A stretch of DNA of 64,000 nt from a virus (taxonomy: Duplodnaviria; Caudoviricetes), in IMG/VR virus record IMGVR_UViG_3300046779_000519, positions 113 to 64,112 of that record; one strand, 5' to 3'. Both the position numbers and the translations under genes were made by a program. How positions within the stretch are numbered: the stretch's first letter is position 1; every line of letters begins with the position of its first letter. The notes beneath the pieces are model-generated. The model worked only from the letters and a program-made list of their open reading frames with translations, did no database searches and was not told the DNA's origin. Shown piece after piece: positions 31,801 to 39,105 of the stretch.

Positions 31801-33042
31801 CTTAACGTGGCTTTCCAAGGTACTAGAATTACAGCGGAATACATTAAAAACAATCCTGTTAAGTTCTTTAATAAGATTGCTCAGACTGGACTTGGTGTGA
31901 TTGCCCTTACGTTGTACAATATGATGGTTGCTGGGGATGAATGGGATAACGACGACTTACAACAAGCTAAAGCAGGTAAGTTATTAGTATTCTCTCCATT
32001 CAAGAATTCAGATGGCACACATTCGTATGGAGAAATACCTGTACCAACTGGAGTTAAATTCTTCTGGAATCTATTCCAAAATATGGGAGAAGGGATGTAC
32101 TATAAGCACATAGCTAAAACTCCTGAAAAGCTAGATGGTGTACTAGCTAAGACTTTGCAAGAGGACTTGGCAATGATGTTACCTAAGTTTACTACAATGA
32201 TGCCTCCTACAGCTAAGGCTATTTATGAGTATGCTGCTAATAAAAACCTTTGGACAGGAAGAGATATCAACTACGACGTTGTTAACACTAAAGATGAAGG
32301 AAGATTCAATGAGAATGTCCTTGGATTCTATAAGATAATGGCTAAAGTAGCTGATAACGTAGGAGTAGAAGTATCTCCTATTAGAACACAAAAACTTGTT
32401 GAAGATATGATTACTAATCCGCATACAAACATTGCGGTTGGATTAGCATATACTATGATGGATAAGTTTGTGAACTTAGTGCCACAGTCATTAGGAGGAT
32501 TATCTGCTAAAGAGCAATCTAAATATTCAGGTCAAAAGGTAGGTGATTTTGCGATTCAGCCTGTTGCAGACTTGTTAGGTAGAGCTACAGGTACTACCGA
32601 CAAAAAGAACAATGGCAAGTATGTTAATATTCAGGAAATTGTAGAGCAAGAAAACAAGAACGTTGGTTCTTACAGACAAGAAGTTAAGTATGATATCCAG
32701 AAAATGGCGGAAGATAAAGCGCCATCAAAAGATGTAATTAACTACTTGACATCTTTGCCAGATGTAGGAGACAAGAAGTTTGCTGCGAATTATTATAAAG
32801 CATTAACAGAGCAGAGTTATCTAGCACTACCTAGTAATAAGTATAGATATGGAGCTATTGCATTTGGTGCAACAACTGATGAAGCTAGAGCCAAAGTATT
32901 GTATGCAAGCTTTCCTAACTTTAATGTTACACAAAATGAACAAGTAATGCGTGATTTAAAGATAATGGGAATTGCGACTCCAATGACAATGATGTACTAC
33001 AAGAAGATTTATGATAACAAAGGTGTTTTAAAAGAAAGATAA
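25891..33042 (+). CDS. Large polyvalent internal virion protein with zincin metallopeptidase and LPD38-like C-terminal region
   Basis: 2383 aa; IPHEVAH (HExxH) with downstream AEEFLSE; C-terminal MDFHRGG...FIPYLNVAFQG...IPVP pattern of LPD38. Confidence 0.7.
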   Translation: MIELPKMPSKKVSSELPSLPLMPKKKVDTELSGAKLSTDTRKDEDGFWGGLSDTFDLGLKRMAGSTVAGGATFLTKLVTGAIKGAVGQDDIRGQKEIKPLIDILEAPSEWLSQKAAEYNENTMPQLEKSAVSMGLKEDNLYRPANELLREDPTQGFLKIGIESVKQLPQLIATVAAGESKLAQFGASATLAGSQAVQEEYEKDKDVSGIDILQSGVKGVVEGLTEMIFDTDLKTIRKTGAAIVDVTMDGATDMIKNIIKSQGKKEAREAIIRTWGGVVKEGLKGAGQEAVEEGISNAAGFVVDTIDSGKLDKKDYDKALDDFYDSILIGGFMGGGISSIGASVSKQKLTKEQERQISRLEDVVNDESIPTEAREIAKEKIDDIYKYNFGIANDNYKLVANLPVDQRVEALKLTNKIEDFEYAKSMAKTEDLIATFDLKIEDLENKRKAIFDEFDATGEKAAAEARKTQSEKDLEVTSKYFEDFDIMGSVNNALAPIQERLSDNKEIDENDLDKSADELYSIADKVDKDETLTPEQKALITDPIFEQIQKLDGYEFATKTDFTEVTERQTTKSTREIGRVERQGAAQSVANSRWAGNAVTVTSEDGTVTNTVAEVTPSGKVVLKPKVAFNKKAQIRDEQNRVSKNPIVIDTNFTEFVESKFDEDGNVSGVVLKDNRNNTTFQVNNPDLALDIALKAKQDKLGTVSDAVFEQVVKEETIGMSFDWTTKLAGRKAPVVSQTAQQPTTTQQAEPTTNLTPRQAVEVDSEFETRTDNPILNTLGAQVKNIVSNAYKALKSVSPNSKMVIYDNEDSMIEGLVNEGVSREDAIEASLGAGGLFNPVTGNVHINKTAKDSDGNIINTLTGTVIPHEVAHAVLLPLAKQNPKEFANIVERILPFIPEPQRSRLQEFAGQYEGDGVDMQAEEFLSELAGMLTKGDVKFTPSRLHKIRMAIKEFIQKVAKKMNNQSLIKLADKLFPESSSAQEDMKFFTDLARSIQSGNKINTGRISELAAISEQDAQDIDNIGSDFNGELYEPSNLNITGTIENPAPETGRKPQIKQSRGNISVLPHPTFDKRKLVGKRYSVTMSDHTKVGEYVNEKSGVKVNNLMGGVFYPYIKEVRDAGLVWASVTIKAAREMVVNAANQDYTLVYRMARSTGSRGNHNFNEVSFAELTAPVTNGKVSEKEFLKQLNDKLNSVSGGKQLVAGKAFLEKYGVESNNKITVKEKNKKGELVEVTKKRKEVPSLASLKESLSKESFGSRGSFWSTLLKDSWDKKSTGAWYKFLEQYNVASIADIVDGLAEQETDSANDHDIVSVLKLDEPEYDAKGNIKIYTTRQELVNEAKGIYFIDAPNHPSYPYVVKGQPVGVLDEFNNISDYFPIIKDWISAGRLNSPYKAVETMTRELISSRDLLRQQKIPNATQASKKAFEQKRKFDIKKFPTEVQKWLFDRQVNIRRALKDADMEFSLYALVNKAGAAPLANFKFQGIYKDIYSDLTKEEVARLDDFIFLRRVIAIDANFDNQRNLINKKIRDLVELKKIAETKDELQNIDKEIKALHEKAKEKARPDHPTHTDVNGKDITTNKESAEKTLADYKKSLGEDAYNKIYDKSNKYFSTFSELLKYKYDNGLITKEEYDMYKDYNYSPRKFFEHMFGDTNANLYANRGVSLNQDEIKGIKDGSLDYLETDSMKLLHSAMVATEHKVMTNKALQTFFQEGAGKNLPFFKELNYERRADGSIATNKDGSLKFKEAAYGFTNMIFKVNGINQGFQLQSDLANEFSDVEKWNTNHPAYKMLSKASGAQVLRQLATGMNIGFFITNIPIDLLSQIHFNDVYNGAGVGVAGEYAKAISGTVSTAKSIIAKDKATAELALEYAQAGGLMMTQSQEGTSNRPVLNYIEDTLSYLGNVSELASKLNAYKSVKEREIAKYESENNGQTPDAAAMEKIKSRAAYEARGAMDFHRGGLLTKYLDGFIPYLNVAFQGTRITAEYIKNNPVKFFNKIAQTGLGVIALTLYNMMVAGDEWDNDDLQQAKAGKLLVFSPFKNSDGTHSYGEIPVPTGVKFFWNLFQNMGEGMYYKHIAKTPEKLDGVLAKTLQEDLAMMLPKFTTMMPPTAKAIYEYAANKNLWTGRDINYDVVNTKDEGRFNENVLGFYKIMAKVADNVGVEVSPIRTQKLVEDMITNPHTNIAVGLAYTMMDKFVNLVPQSLGGLSAKEQSKYSGQKVGDFAIQPVADLLGRATGTTDKKNNGKYVNIQEIVEQENKNVGSYRQEVKYDIQKMAEDKAPSKDVINYLTSLPDVGDKKFAANYYKALTEQSYLALPSNKYRYGAIAFGATTDEARAKVLYASFPNFNVTQNEQVMRDLKIMGIATPMTMMYYKKIYDNKGVLKER

Positions 33043-33043
33043 G

Positions 33044-33190
33044 ATGATAAAGAAAGTCGCTGGAGGCTACAAGTTAGTCTCCAAAACAACTGGACGTAAT
33101 CTAGGAACCGCTAAGACCAAGGCAGGAATAGAAAAGCGTGAAAAACAAGTGAATTATTTTAAGTATCTTGCATCGAAAAAGAAGAAATAA
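33044..33190 (+). CDS. 48-aa basic protein (not in ORF track)
   Basis: MIKKVAGGYKLVSKTTGRNLGTAKTKAGIEKREKQVNYFKYLASKKKK*. Confidence 0.7.
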   Translation: MIKKVAGGYKLVSKTTGRNLGTAKTKAGIEKREKQVNYFKYLASKKKK

Positions 33191-33191
33191 T

Positions 33192-33338
33192 ATGAAAAAT
33201 GGGTTATACGCTAATATTCACGCTAAGCGGAAACGAATTGAAGCTGGTTCTGGAGAAAAAATGAGAACTCCTGGCACTAAAGGAGCTCCAACAGCTAAGC
33301 AATTTAAGCAAGCCGCTAAAACCGCTAAGAAGAAATGA
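33192..33338 (+). CDS. 48-aa basic protein (not in ORF track)
   Basis: MKNGLYANIHAKRKRIEAGSGEKMRTPGTKGAPTAKQFKQAAKTAKKK*; the GLYANIHAKR motif is familiar from aquatic phages. Confidence 0.75.
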   Translation: MKNGLYANIHAKRKRIEAGSGEKMRTPGTKGAPTAKQFKQAAKTAKKK

Positions 33339-33646
33339 TTAACGATTCAATAAAGAACAAACTAGAAAAGTACGGTCTCTCGGGTGTTAATAAGCCCAAG
33401 AGAAGTACTCATAATGGTAAGTCTCACATTGTCTTAGCTAAAGAAGGAGACCGTGTAAAGCTTATTCGCTTTGGTCAAGCAGGCGTTAAGACTAACCAAA
33501 CTGCAGGTCAGCGCGAGGCGTTTAAATCTCGTCACGCAAAGAACATTGCTAAGGGCAAGATGAGCGCCGCATATTGGGCAAACAAAGTAAAATGGTCTCC
33601 AAGTAAAACAGCATCCCCTTCTAAGAAGTGGGTTAAAGGTTCATAA
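33335..33646 (+). CDS. Conserved basic phage protein
   Basis: 103 aa; KLIRFGQ...AFKSRHAK...SAAYWANKVKW motif familiar from aquatic phages. Confidence 0.7.
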   Translation: MINDSIKNKLEKYGLSGVNKPKRSTHNGKSHIVLAKEGDRVKLIRFGQAGVKTNQTAGQREAFKSRHAKNIAKGKMSAAYWANKVKWSPSKTASPSKKWVKGS

Positions 33647-33647
33647 T

Positions 33648-34151
33648 ATGTTATCTAATCTATCAGATTTATTATTCAGCAGGGTAGACCCTGACCCAGT
33701 TCAGTCTCAATCCTCAATGGTAGGGATGTCACCTCAGTCGCAAGCTCAGGCTACATCACAAGTTCCACCACAAGCTAAGTATCTACAGGCAGGGCAACCT
33801 GTTAAGCAGTTCAATGCTATGACAGCTAATATGAGCGCAGGGAATCCTACGGGAGTAGCTGGAGAAGACCCATATAAGGCTTTATTAAAAGGAGACTACA
33901 CCTCATTAAATCCTAAAGATTTTGGAGGTTCATCTGAGAAAGCATTTGAAGCTGAGTCTGATTTAATGAAGTTTAAGCGCTCAAGAATGAGACAAAATAT
34001 CTCAGAGCCTGAGTTGAATAAGATGCTTTATTTCAGAGAACAAGCAGATGATATGAGAGCCGAGCTTTTAAAGTCAGGTAATCTTTCAAGAAAGCAGATT
34101 GACGAAAAAGTGTTAGCGCACATCAAGTCTCTTGGATACACTGGTAGATAA
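33648..34151 (+). CDS. Hypothetical protein
   Basis: 167-aa ORF coupled to neighbours. Confidence 0.5.
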   Translation: MLSNLSDLLFSRVDPDPVQSQSSMVGMSPQSQAQATSQVPPQAKYLQAGQPVKQFNAMTANMSAGNPTGVAGEDPYKALLKGDYTSLNPKDFGGSSEKAFEAESDLMKFKRSRMRQNISEPELNKMLYFREQADDMRAELLKSGNLSRKQIDEKVLAHIKSLGYTGR

Positions 34152-34614
34152 GCCACATACAAGACAATGCCCAATATGCCAAAGAGAACTGGCATACAGA
34201 GAGGTGTCTGAAAGGAACAGGGGGATAAAGAACAATACCCCTTGTAGGTCGTGTGCAAATAGGCTAAAGGCGTTTGTTCCATATCAAGAAATACCCGTTT
34301 CGTGGTATAATGGTAAGATAAGAAGAGCGACACAAAGGGGCTACGAGTTTACAATTACAATAGAAGAAATTTGGGATATCTACATCGCGCAAGATAAAGT
34401 CTGCGCCTTGTCAGGTGTCCCAATTTCGTTTAACGACACTGCATCTTTGGACAGAATAGATAACGCAAAGGGTTATGTGCGCGATAATATACAGATAGTC
34501 CATAAGGACATTAACTATATGAAATACATCTACTCTCAGGATTACTTCATAAAAATGTGTAACTTAGTGGCTTCAAAACATAAAGTTGAGCGTGATGATG
34601 AAGAAATCAGCTGA
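34132..34614 (+). CDS. HNH-family endonuclease with Zn-ribbon
   Basis: CPIC...CRSC; CALSG...SLDRIDNAKGYVRDNIQIVHKDINYMK. Confidence 0.8.
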   Translation: MDTLVDKPHTRQCPICQRELAYREVSERNRGIKNNTPCRSCANRLKAFVPYQEIPVSWYNGKIRRATQRGYEFTITIEEIWDIYIAQDKVCALSGVPISFNDTASLDRIDNAKGYVRDNIQIVHKDINYMKYIYSQDYFIKMCNLVASKHKVERDDEEIS

Positions 34615-34867
34615 GTACTACAAGAAGAATCCAGAGAGCTATGCTAAGAAATTAGCGTATGATAAGAAGCATAATGCTAAACCAGAACAACGCGCTAAGA
34701 GAGCGGAGCTTGTTAAGGTTAATAGAGACAGAGGTACGTATGGTAATGGCGATGGCTTAGACGCATCTCACACTAAGAAAGGTATTGTAATGAAGAAGGC
34801 GTCTGTTAACAGAGCATCCAAGACAGATACTGCAGGCGACAGACGCGCGCGCGGAGGCAAGAAGTAA
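34586..34867 (+). CDS. Small HNH-like basic protein (degenerate)
   Basis: GDGLDASH...KASVNRA resembles GDGKDVDH...NR small phage HNH proteins. Confidence 0.55.
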   Translation: MSVMMKKSAEYYKKNPESYAKKLAYDKKHNAKPEQRAKRAELVKVNRDRGTYGNGDGLDASHTKKGIVMKKASVNRASKTDTAGDRRARGGKK

Positions 34868-35011
34868 TTACTTCTTCTCGTCTTCCCCTAAAAAATCTTC
34901 TCCTTTGTAATCAGGATGGTTATTTTGCATATGTTCTATGCCTTTAATCCAATTGTAAGTAATAACCATTGCTATTGCAAATGGAACTAAGAAGGTGATT
35001 AGTGCTGCCAT
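34868..35011 (-). CDS. 47-aa single-TM protein (not in ORF track)
   Basis: MAALITFLVPFAIAMVITYNWIKGIEHMQNNHPDYKGEDFLGEDEKK*. Confidence 0.65.
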   Translation of the reverse strand: MAALITFLVPFAIAMVITYNWIKGIEHMQNNHPDYKGEDFLGEDEKK

Positions 35012-35226
35012 ACGTGTTGTTCTATTAAATATTTCTCAAATACTTCTACTGCATTCTTTATAGCGCGCTCCTTTGATGTAAAAGGATATGCGCAATCAGG
35101 CAATCCTGCATAAGAGATAAATGGCTTCCATTTAATTCTGGTAAATCCAAATGGATAAGTCTTCTTCTCTCCATACATCACATAGTGTTTGCTCTCAACT
35201 GAGTGTATCTTGAATAAAGGTTTCAT
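34999..35226 (-). CDS. Hypothetical protein
   Basis: 75 aa, coupled in the - strand operon. Confidence 0.5.
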   Translation of the reverse strand: MKPLFKIHSVESKHYVMYGEKKTYPFGFTRIKWKPFISYAGLPDCAYPFTSKERAIKNAVEVFEKYLIEQHVWQH

Positions 35227-35468
35227 TTTTTATCTCTTAATTGTTGTAATCTTCTTTCTAAGTCAGCTCGTTTCTCAAAGATGTGATTCTGCATCTCATC
35301 CCAGAACCTGTAGCTATCCATCCTGTCTTTGTTATGGTACACCTCTCGCTTAATCTCTTCAGCAACAAATAATGCTATAGTATCTGTTTTGACGCCAAAA
35401 GGTAAATCTAATTTGTGAATTCTCTGTTCTAAATCCCATAGCTCGTCGTCTTTGTATCTGTCTGTCAT
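35223..35468 (-). CDS. Hypothetical protein
   Basis: 81 aa, coupled. Confidence 0.5.
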   Translation of the reverse strand: MTDRYKDDELWDLEQRIHKLDLPFGVKTDTIALFVAEEIKREVYHNKDRMDSYRFWDEMQNHIFEKRADLERRLQQLRDKK

Positions 35469-35677
35469 ATTTCTATTTCTTTGATAACTTTTTCGTAATC
35501 TTTTTTTCTTTGCTGAAGAAAGTCAATATAAGCCTCAGCGGAGTCTTTGTCGCTAAATACTTTTGACTTGCCATCATCTGTGCTCACTTTATATGAATAA
35601 TCTATAGAGCACATACTTGAAGTATTCTTAAATTCAATAAAATTAGCTTTTCTAATTTCTGCTATTGTTACTGTCAT
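35465..35677 (-). CDS. Hypothetical protein
   Basis: 70 aa, coupled. Confidence 0.5.
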   Translation of the reverse strand: MTVTIAEIRKANFIEFKNTSSMCSIDYSYKVSTDDGKSKVFSDKDSAEAYIDFLQQRKKDYEKVIKEIEI

Positions 35678-36198
35678 TGCAATAAGGTTGATTCGTAAAT
35701 AACTTTTTTATCTAATCCTTCTTTCTTTGGCTTCTCGTACATTTCTAGCACATCTACTGCCTTAACAAAGTACGCATTAAAGGAATTGTCATCTTCAATA
35801 GAAACAAGCGCTAGGAAGTCTTTGTTGGAAGGGTTAATCGTAACAGGGTCATTAGGTTGGAACACCCAACTAATAGGATATACTCCCATTGCAATGCAAG
35901 ACTTGACGTGAATCTTAATGTCACCGCAGGTTATATCAGCGTCGTAAGATTTCTTCTTAGCAGGATAGATTGCTATGTCGGGAAACGTAGCATCCTTGCC
36001 ATCTCGTTGTAGGTAATTCCACACCGCATACTCCGCCATCTTTCCTATATAAATGTCAGCTATAATCTTCTTGACGTCTGACTGCTTGCGCTCAATGTAC
36101 TTTTCAATGTTCGTATTGAATACTTCTTTAGAGAACATATCCGCCAACTTCTCTTGATAAGTATCAGGCGCGATAAGCTTTAGTTTCTTTAGTTGCAT
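35674..36198 (-). CDS. PD-(D/E)xK restriction-endonuclease-like protein
   Basis: GKMAEYAV...YDADI...IHVKS spacing of E...D...(H)xK. Confidence 0.55.
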   Translation of the reverse strand: MQLKKLKLIAPDTYQEKLADMFSKEVFNTNIEKYIERKQSDVKKIIADIYIGKMAEYAVWNYLQRDGKDATFPDIAIYPAKKKSYDADITCGDIKIHVKSCIAMGVYPISWVFQPNDPVTINPSNKDFLALVSIEDDNSFNAYFVKAVDVLEMYEKPKKEGLDKKVIYESTLLQ

Positions 36199-36565
36199 AG
36201 GATAGGATGTGAACGGTTAACTTGTAATGTTTCTTACCGAGAGTTTCATCTGGGTAAATTTGGATACCTTTGCAGAACTTCTTGGAGTCATCTACAATGT
36301 AGTGCGCCTTCTTCATAGTATCCTCTAGAATCTTAATCATAGGCACGGTATTGCTGGCGTCTAAGCGACTATTGAAGTACATTGTGATAATATACTTGTC
36401 TATCTTTTTTGTGCGCTTAGGAAGCAATTTAAGGAAGAGGTTAGCCCAGAACTCTTTCTCCTTGTTACGGAAAGACCAGTGTCTGTTCGCGTACCATTTG
36501 TTAAGAGACAGGTCAACCCCTTCCCATTCTATTTCAATTCTTGCAATCTCTTCATCTATTACCAT
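36164..36565 (-). CDS. rusA: RusA-like Holliday junction resolvase
   Basis: SLNKWY...RLDASN..MIKILEDTM...IVDDS motifs. Confidence 0.75.
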   Translation of the reverse strand: MVIDEEIARIEIEWEGVDLSLNKWYANRHWSFRNKEKEFWANLFLKLLPKRTKKIDKYIITMYFNSRLDASNTVPMIKILEDTMKKAHYIVDDSKKFCKGIQIYPDETLGKKHYKLTVHILSYATKETKAYRA

Positions 36566-36795
36566 TAGTGGATTCTTAGTGTCTTATTACCAACGGTTAG
36601 GTTGACGTCGAGAGAAATTGGGTGACCATTGGCGGACAAGTTCCTAACCATCTTACCTAGGAGATTAAATCCTATGCCTCGTTGATTATTTTCTAGTCCT
36701 GATATCTGCTGAACGGTATTGAATCCCGCCTCTCTAGCAAATACCGCCTGAGTCATACCCAGTTCAGTCCTAATCTCTTTTATTATGTTTATCAT
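36565..36795 (-). CDS. XRE/Cro-family HTH protein
   Basis: IKEIRTELGMTQAVFAREAG...ISGLENNQR. Confidence 0.8.
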   Translation of the reverse strand: MINIIKEIRTELGMTQAVFAREAGFNTVQQISGLENNQRGIGFNLLGKMVRNLSANGHPISLDVNLTVGNKTLRIH

Positions 36796-36904
36796 CTTCT
36801 TTCTCTTTGGCGAACTTAGCCTTAGCTGAGTCTATCTTTTGACGGTGTAGGTTATAGAGTTGCGCTCCAATGTTATCCCACACCTGATTAAATGTTCTTT
36901 CCAT
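36770..36904 (-). CDS. 44-aa hypothetical protein (not in ORF track)
   Basis: MERTFNQVWDNIGAQLYNLHRQKIDSAKAKFAKEKEDDKHNKRD*; fills the gap. Confidence 0.45.
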   Translation of the reverse strand: MERTFNQVWDNIGAQLYNLHRQKIDSAKAKFAKEKEDDKHNKRD

Positions 36905-37374
36905 TACGATAAGGTTACTCTAATTGATGTTGAACTTGATTTAGCGGGAGGGAAATATTCTATTGTCTCTCCAGTCTCTTCGTCTACCACTGTAGTCTTA
37001 GACTTAAGCGTCTTAGCGAACGCTTCGATGTCTTTAAGTCTTTTAGTCTCAGCGTCTACTTTAGCTTTTTGACTAACCCAAGCAGATGACTCAGAGAAAT
37101 CAAATTTACCAGGAGAATCGACAGCCTTAACAATTGCCCCAAGTACATTGGTTTCATTTCTGTCGTATGTTTCTAGTTCCTTAATAGCAAAGTCTTTAAG
37201 ACCCTTCTCTAACTCTTCTAGCAAGAATATGTACTTTCTACATAACGCTAGGTCTTTTAGAGGTTCTCCGCCATTGTAAGCCATATCCTCAAGATATTGG
37301 CTCACAATGTTTGTCATTTCTCGTTTGTCAGCGGAGACAATCGTACTTTTCTTTAGTGATGCTAACTCGCTCAT
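36904..37374 (-). CDS. Conserved recombination-region protein
   Basis: 156 aa ending VDEETGETIEYFPPAKSSSTSIRVTL; next to SSB-like gene. Confidence 0.45.
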   Translation of the reverse strand: MSELASLKKSTIVSADKREMTNIVSQYLEDMAYNGGEPLKDLALCRKYIFLLEELEKGLKDFAIKELETYDRNETNVLGAIVKAVDSPGKFDFSESSAWVSQKAKVDAETKRLKDIEAFAKTLKSKTTVVDEETGETIEYFPPAKSSSTSIRVTLS

Positions 37375-37375
37375 A

Positions 37376-38092
37376 TTAGAAAGGAAGTTCAGATGTATCA
37401 GCAGGCTCGTCGAATGCTGGGATAGAAGATTCTTGTGGAGGCATAATTGGGTCAGGATGACTTACTGCAACTTCTTCTGTAGCAGAGTTTGCGCTATTAC
37501 CGCGCTCTTTAAAGTAAGCCGCTAATTCATCATACTTCTTGTCAGATGTAGCGCTAACTGACTCCTCAATAGCATCACCAATCTCAAACACAGGGATATG
37601 ATACTTAACTGCACCCTTCTTCTCTTCCTTAGAACCAACTACGGTTACATAGTTTTTCAAGAACTTCTTTCTATTTTCTGCAGAGAAATTAGACCAAGCT
37701 CCAAGCGCTGACGCCTTTAATGCAAAGTTTACAATCTCTCCATCTAACTCAGCATATAAGCTAACGTTGTAATCTCCACCAGCCGTATTTACCACAGGCT
37801 TGATGTCTTGATAAAATCCTTCAGCAATAACTCTATTCTTAGTTCTTACTGTTAAAGTCTCTTGCTTAGTATTCTTAACCTCATTAGAGTAGATGCCAGT
37901 CTTGTTGTTCTCGTCCCATCCTTTGATAGTTGCAAACTCATCGTAATGAATGAACTTGATAGGCAACTTAATAACTGACTTGCCTTCTGCTTTCTTGTCG
38001 AAAACTTTAAAACCTTTCTCGTCTGATGACCAAGTTAGGTACTTTGTTACTGGGGACTGCGCTGTAGCAGTGTGTGCATCTGAACGTGCCAT
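37376..38092 (-). CDS. Putative single-stranded DNA-binding protein
   Basis: Beta-rich core, acidic disordered tail ending DTSELPF. Confidence 0.55.
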   Translation of the reverse strand: MARSDAHTATAQSPVTKYLTWSSDEKGFKVFDKKAEGKSVIKLPIKFIHYDEFATIKGWDENNKTGIYSNEVKNTKQETLTVRTKNRVIAEGFYQDIKPVVNTAGGDYNVSLYAELDGEIVNFALKASALGAWSNFSAENRKKFLKNYVTVVGSKEEKKGAVKYHIPVFEIGDAIEESVSATSDKKYDELAAYFKERGNSANSATEEVAVSHPDPIMPPQESSIPAFDEPADTSELPF

Positions 38093-38108
38093 ATTTTATT
38101 TGTTTGGT

Positions 38109-38288
38109 TTAATAGTTAATAATTTCTTCAGGTTGTTCGAACTGAGTAAGGAATACTATACGAGTAGTCATTCTACTTAATCTTCTCTGTACCTTGGACT
38201 TTAGCGCACCTCTTCTGGTGTAGCTGTTGGGGTCATTTGCGAGTACCTCAGCCTTGCTGACTACATCGCTGTATCTTGTTTTTCTCAT
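38109..38288 (-). CDS. 59-aa basic protein (not in ORF track)
   Basis: MRKTRYSDVVSKAEVLANDPNSYTRRGALKSKVQRRLSRM...; directly downstream of promoter 38309. Confidence 0.55.
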   Translation of the reverse strand: MRKTRYSDVVSKAEVLANDPNSYTRRGALKSKVQRRLSRMTTRIVFLTQFEQPEEIINY

Positions 38289-38308
38289 TGTTTGATTGAT
38301 TTCTTTGA

Positions 38309-38340
38309 CAAAGATAAGTTATTGATTTTTATAAAACAAA
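38309..38340 (-). promoter_or_regulatory. Bacteroidota sigma promoter
   Basis: On - strand TTTG-N20-TATCTTTG, full consensus. Confidence 0.8.
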
Positions 38341-38351
38341 TAGTTTATAAT

Positions 38352-38385
38352 AAAAAAAGATAGCCCGTATAACAGGCTACCTTTT
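38352..38385 (-). terminator. Intrinsic terminator
   Basis: AAAAGATAGCCCGT-ata-ACAGGCTACCTTTT hairpin with T-run on - strand. Confidence 0.7.
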
Positions 38386-38417
38386 CGCACACACACTTAT
38401 GAAAATCAAATCAACAA

Positions 38418-38792
38418 CTATTTCTTGTTTGGTTGGGTAACGTATTTATATGATACAAATTCCGCGCCATCGTAGAACTTAAGCTCACCTTCTGACTTAG
38501 TGTCATTCCGACGCGCCTCTAACTCTTCTTCTAACTTAATAATATCTTTCTTTAATCTTGTAAGATAGACTAATCCATCCATCAATTCTTCTCTTAGATG
38601 TTGTGCCCAGTCAGCTACGGATAAGTCTGTTCTGTCCATATCTGTTCCGTACTTATTATAACCCTTCTCGGCTCTCTCACCAAACTCTTTGATGATTTCA
38701 AATACCACACTATCCGTAAACGTAGTAGTTTGTTCTACCTCACTATTTTTCAACTCCATATTCTCTAAAAATTTCTGATACCCTAGTTGCAC
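38418..38792 (-). CDS. All-alpha NTP pyrophosphohydrolase-like protein (MazG/dNTPase superfamily candidate); probable start 38759
   Basis: GYNKYGTDMDRTDLS..DWAQHLREELMDGLVY acidic EExxD motif. Confidence 0.5.
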   Translation of the reverse strand: MQLGYQKFLENMELKNSEVEQTTTFTDSVVFEIIKEFGERAEKGYNKYGTDMDRTDLSVADWAQHLREELMDGLVYLTRLKKDIIKLEEELEARRNDTKSEGELKFYDGAEFVSYKYVTQPNKK

Positions 38793-39105
38793 ACTCTATT
38801 TTCTTGCCTTCATCTAATAGCTCCATCCTTAATGAAATACCATATAGGTAGTCAACTTGCTGAGAACAATTCACAAACTGCTCTACTATTGCTTCGATGT
38901 CTCCATCTGGATTCTGTTTAATTAGATAATCTACTTGACCCTCTAATTCTCTAACTAACAAGTTTGTGAACTGCTTTACCTTCTGGTAATGGAAATTTGC
39001 AGGGACAACTTTCTCATCAATGAAATCTCTAAGTGACTGACACTTAGCATAATAAGCGACCATATCTCTAATCTCTTGGTCGTCGAGTGCTCTTTTTTTT
39101 CTCAC
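38743..39105 (-). CDS. Hypothetical protein
   Basis: 120 aa, AACCAAAC leader. Confidence 0.5.
   Translation of the reverse strand: MRKKRALDDQEIRDMVAYYAKCQSLRDFIDEKVVPANFHYQKVKQFTNLLVRELEGQVDYLIKQNPDGDIEAIVEQFVNCSQQVDYLYGISLRMELLDEGKKIECATRVSEIFREYGVEK

Noticed and set aside
2813-32424. Antisense ORFs in the track (e.g. 2813-3190, 9142-9540, 27378-27779, 29367-29873)
   Set aside because: They lie wholly opposite strong sense genes and have no leaders or motifs; an expected by-product of codon bias. The same applies to + strand shadows in the early region and - strand shadows in terL, portal and capsid.
25891-33042. crAss-type virion RNA polymerase
   Set aside because: No DxDGD/DFDxD catalytic motif seen; HExxH and LPD38-type motifs fit a polyvalent protein.
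36565-36795. Lysogeny switch
   Set aside because: A single XRE gene co-oriented within an operon, with no divergent repressor/cro pair, integrase or att-like site recognised.
38418-38792. 2-aminoadenine (Z) or other modified-base pathway
   Set aside because: The NTP-pyrophosphohydrolase-like gene stands alone; no PurZ, DatZ, DNA polymerase or queuosine-pathway genes were recognised.
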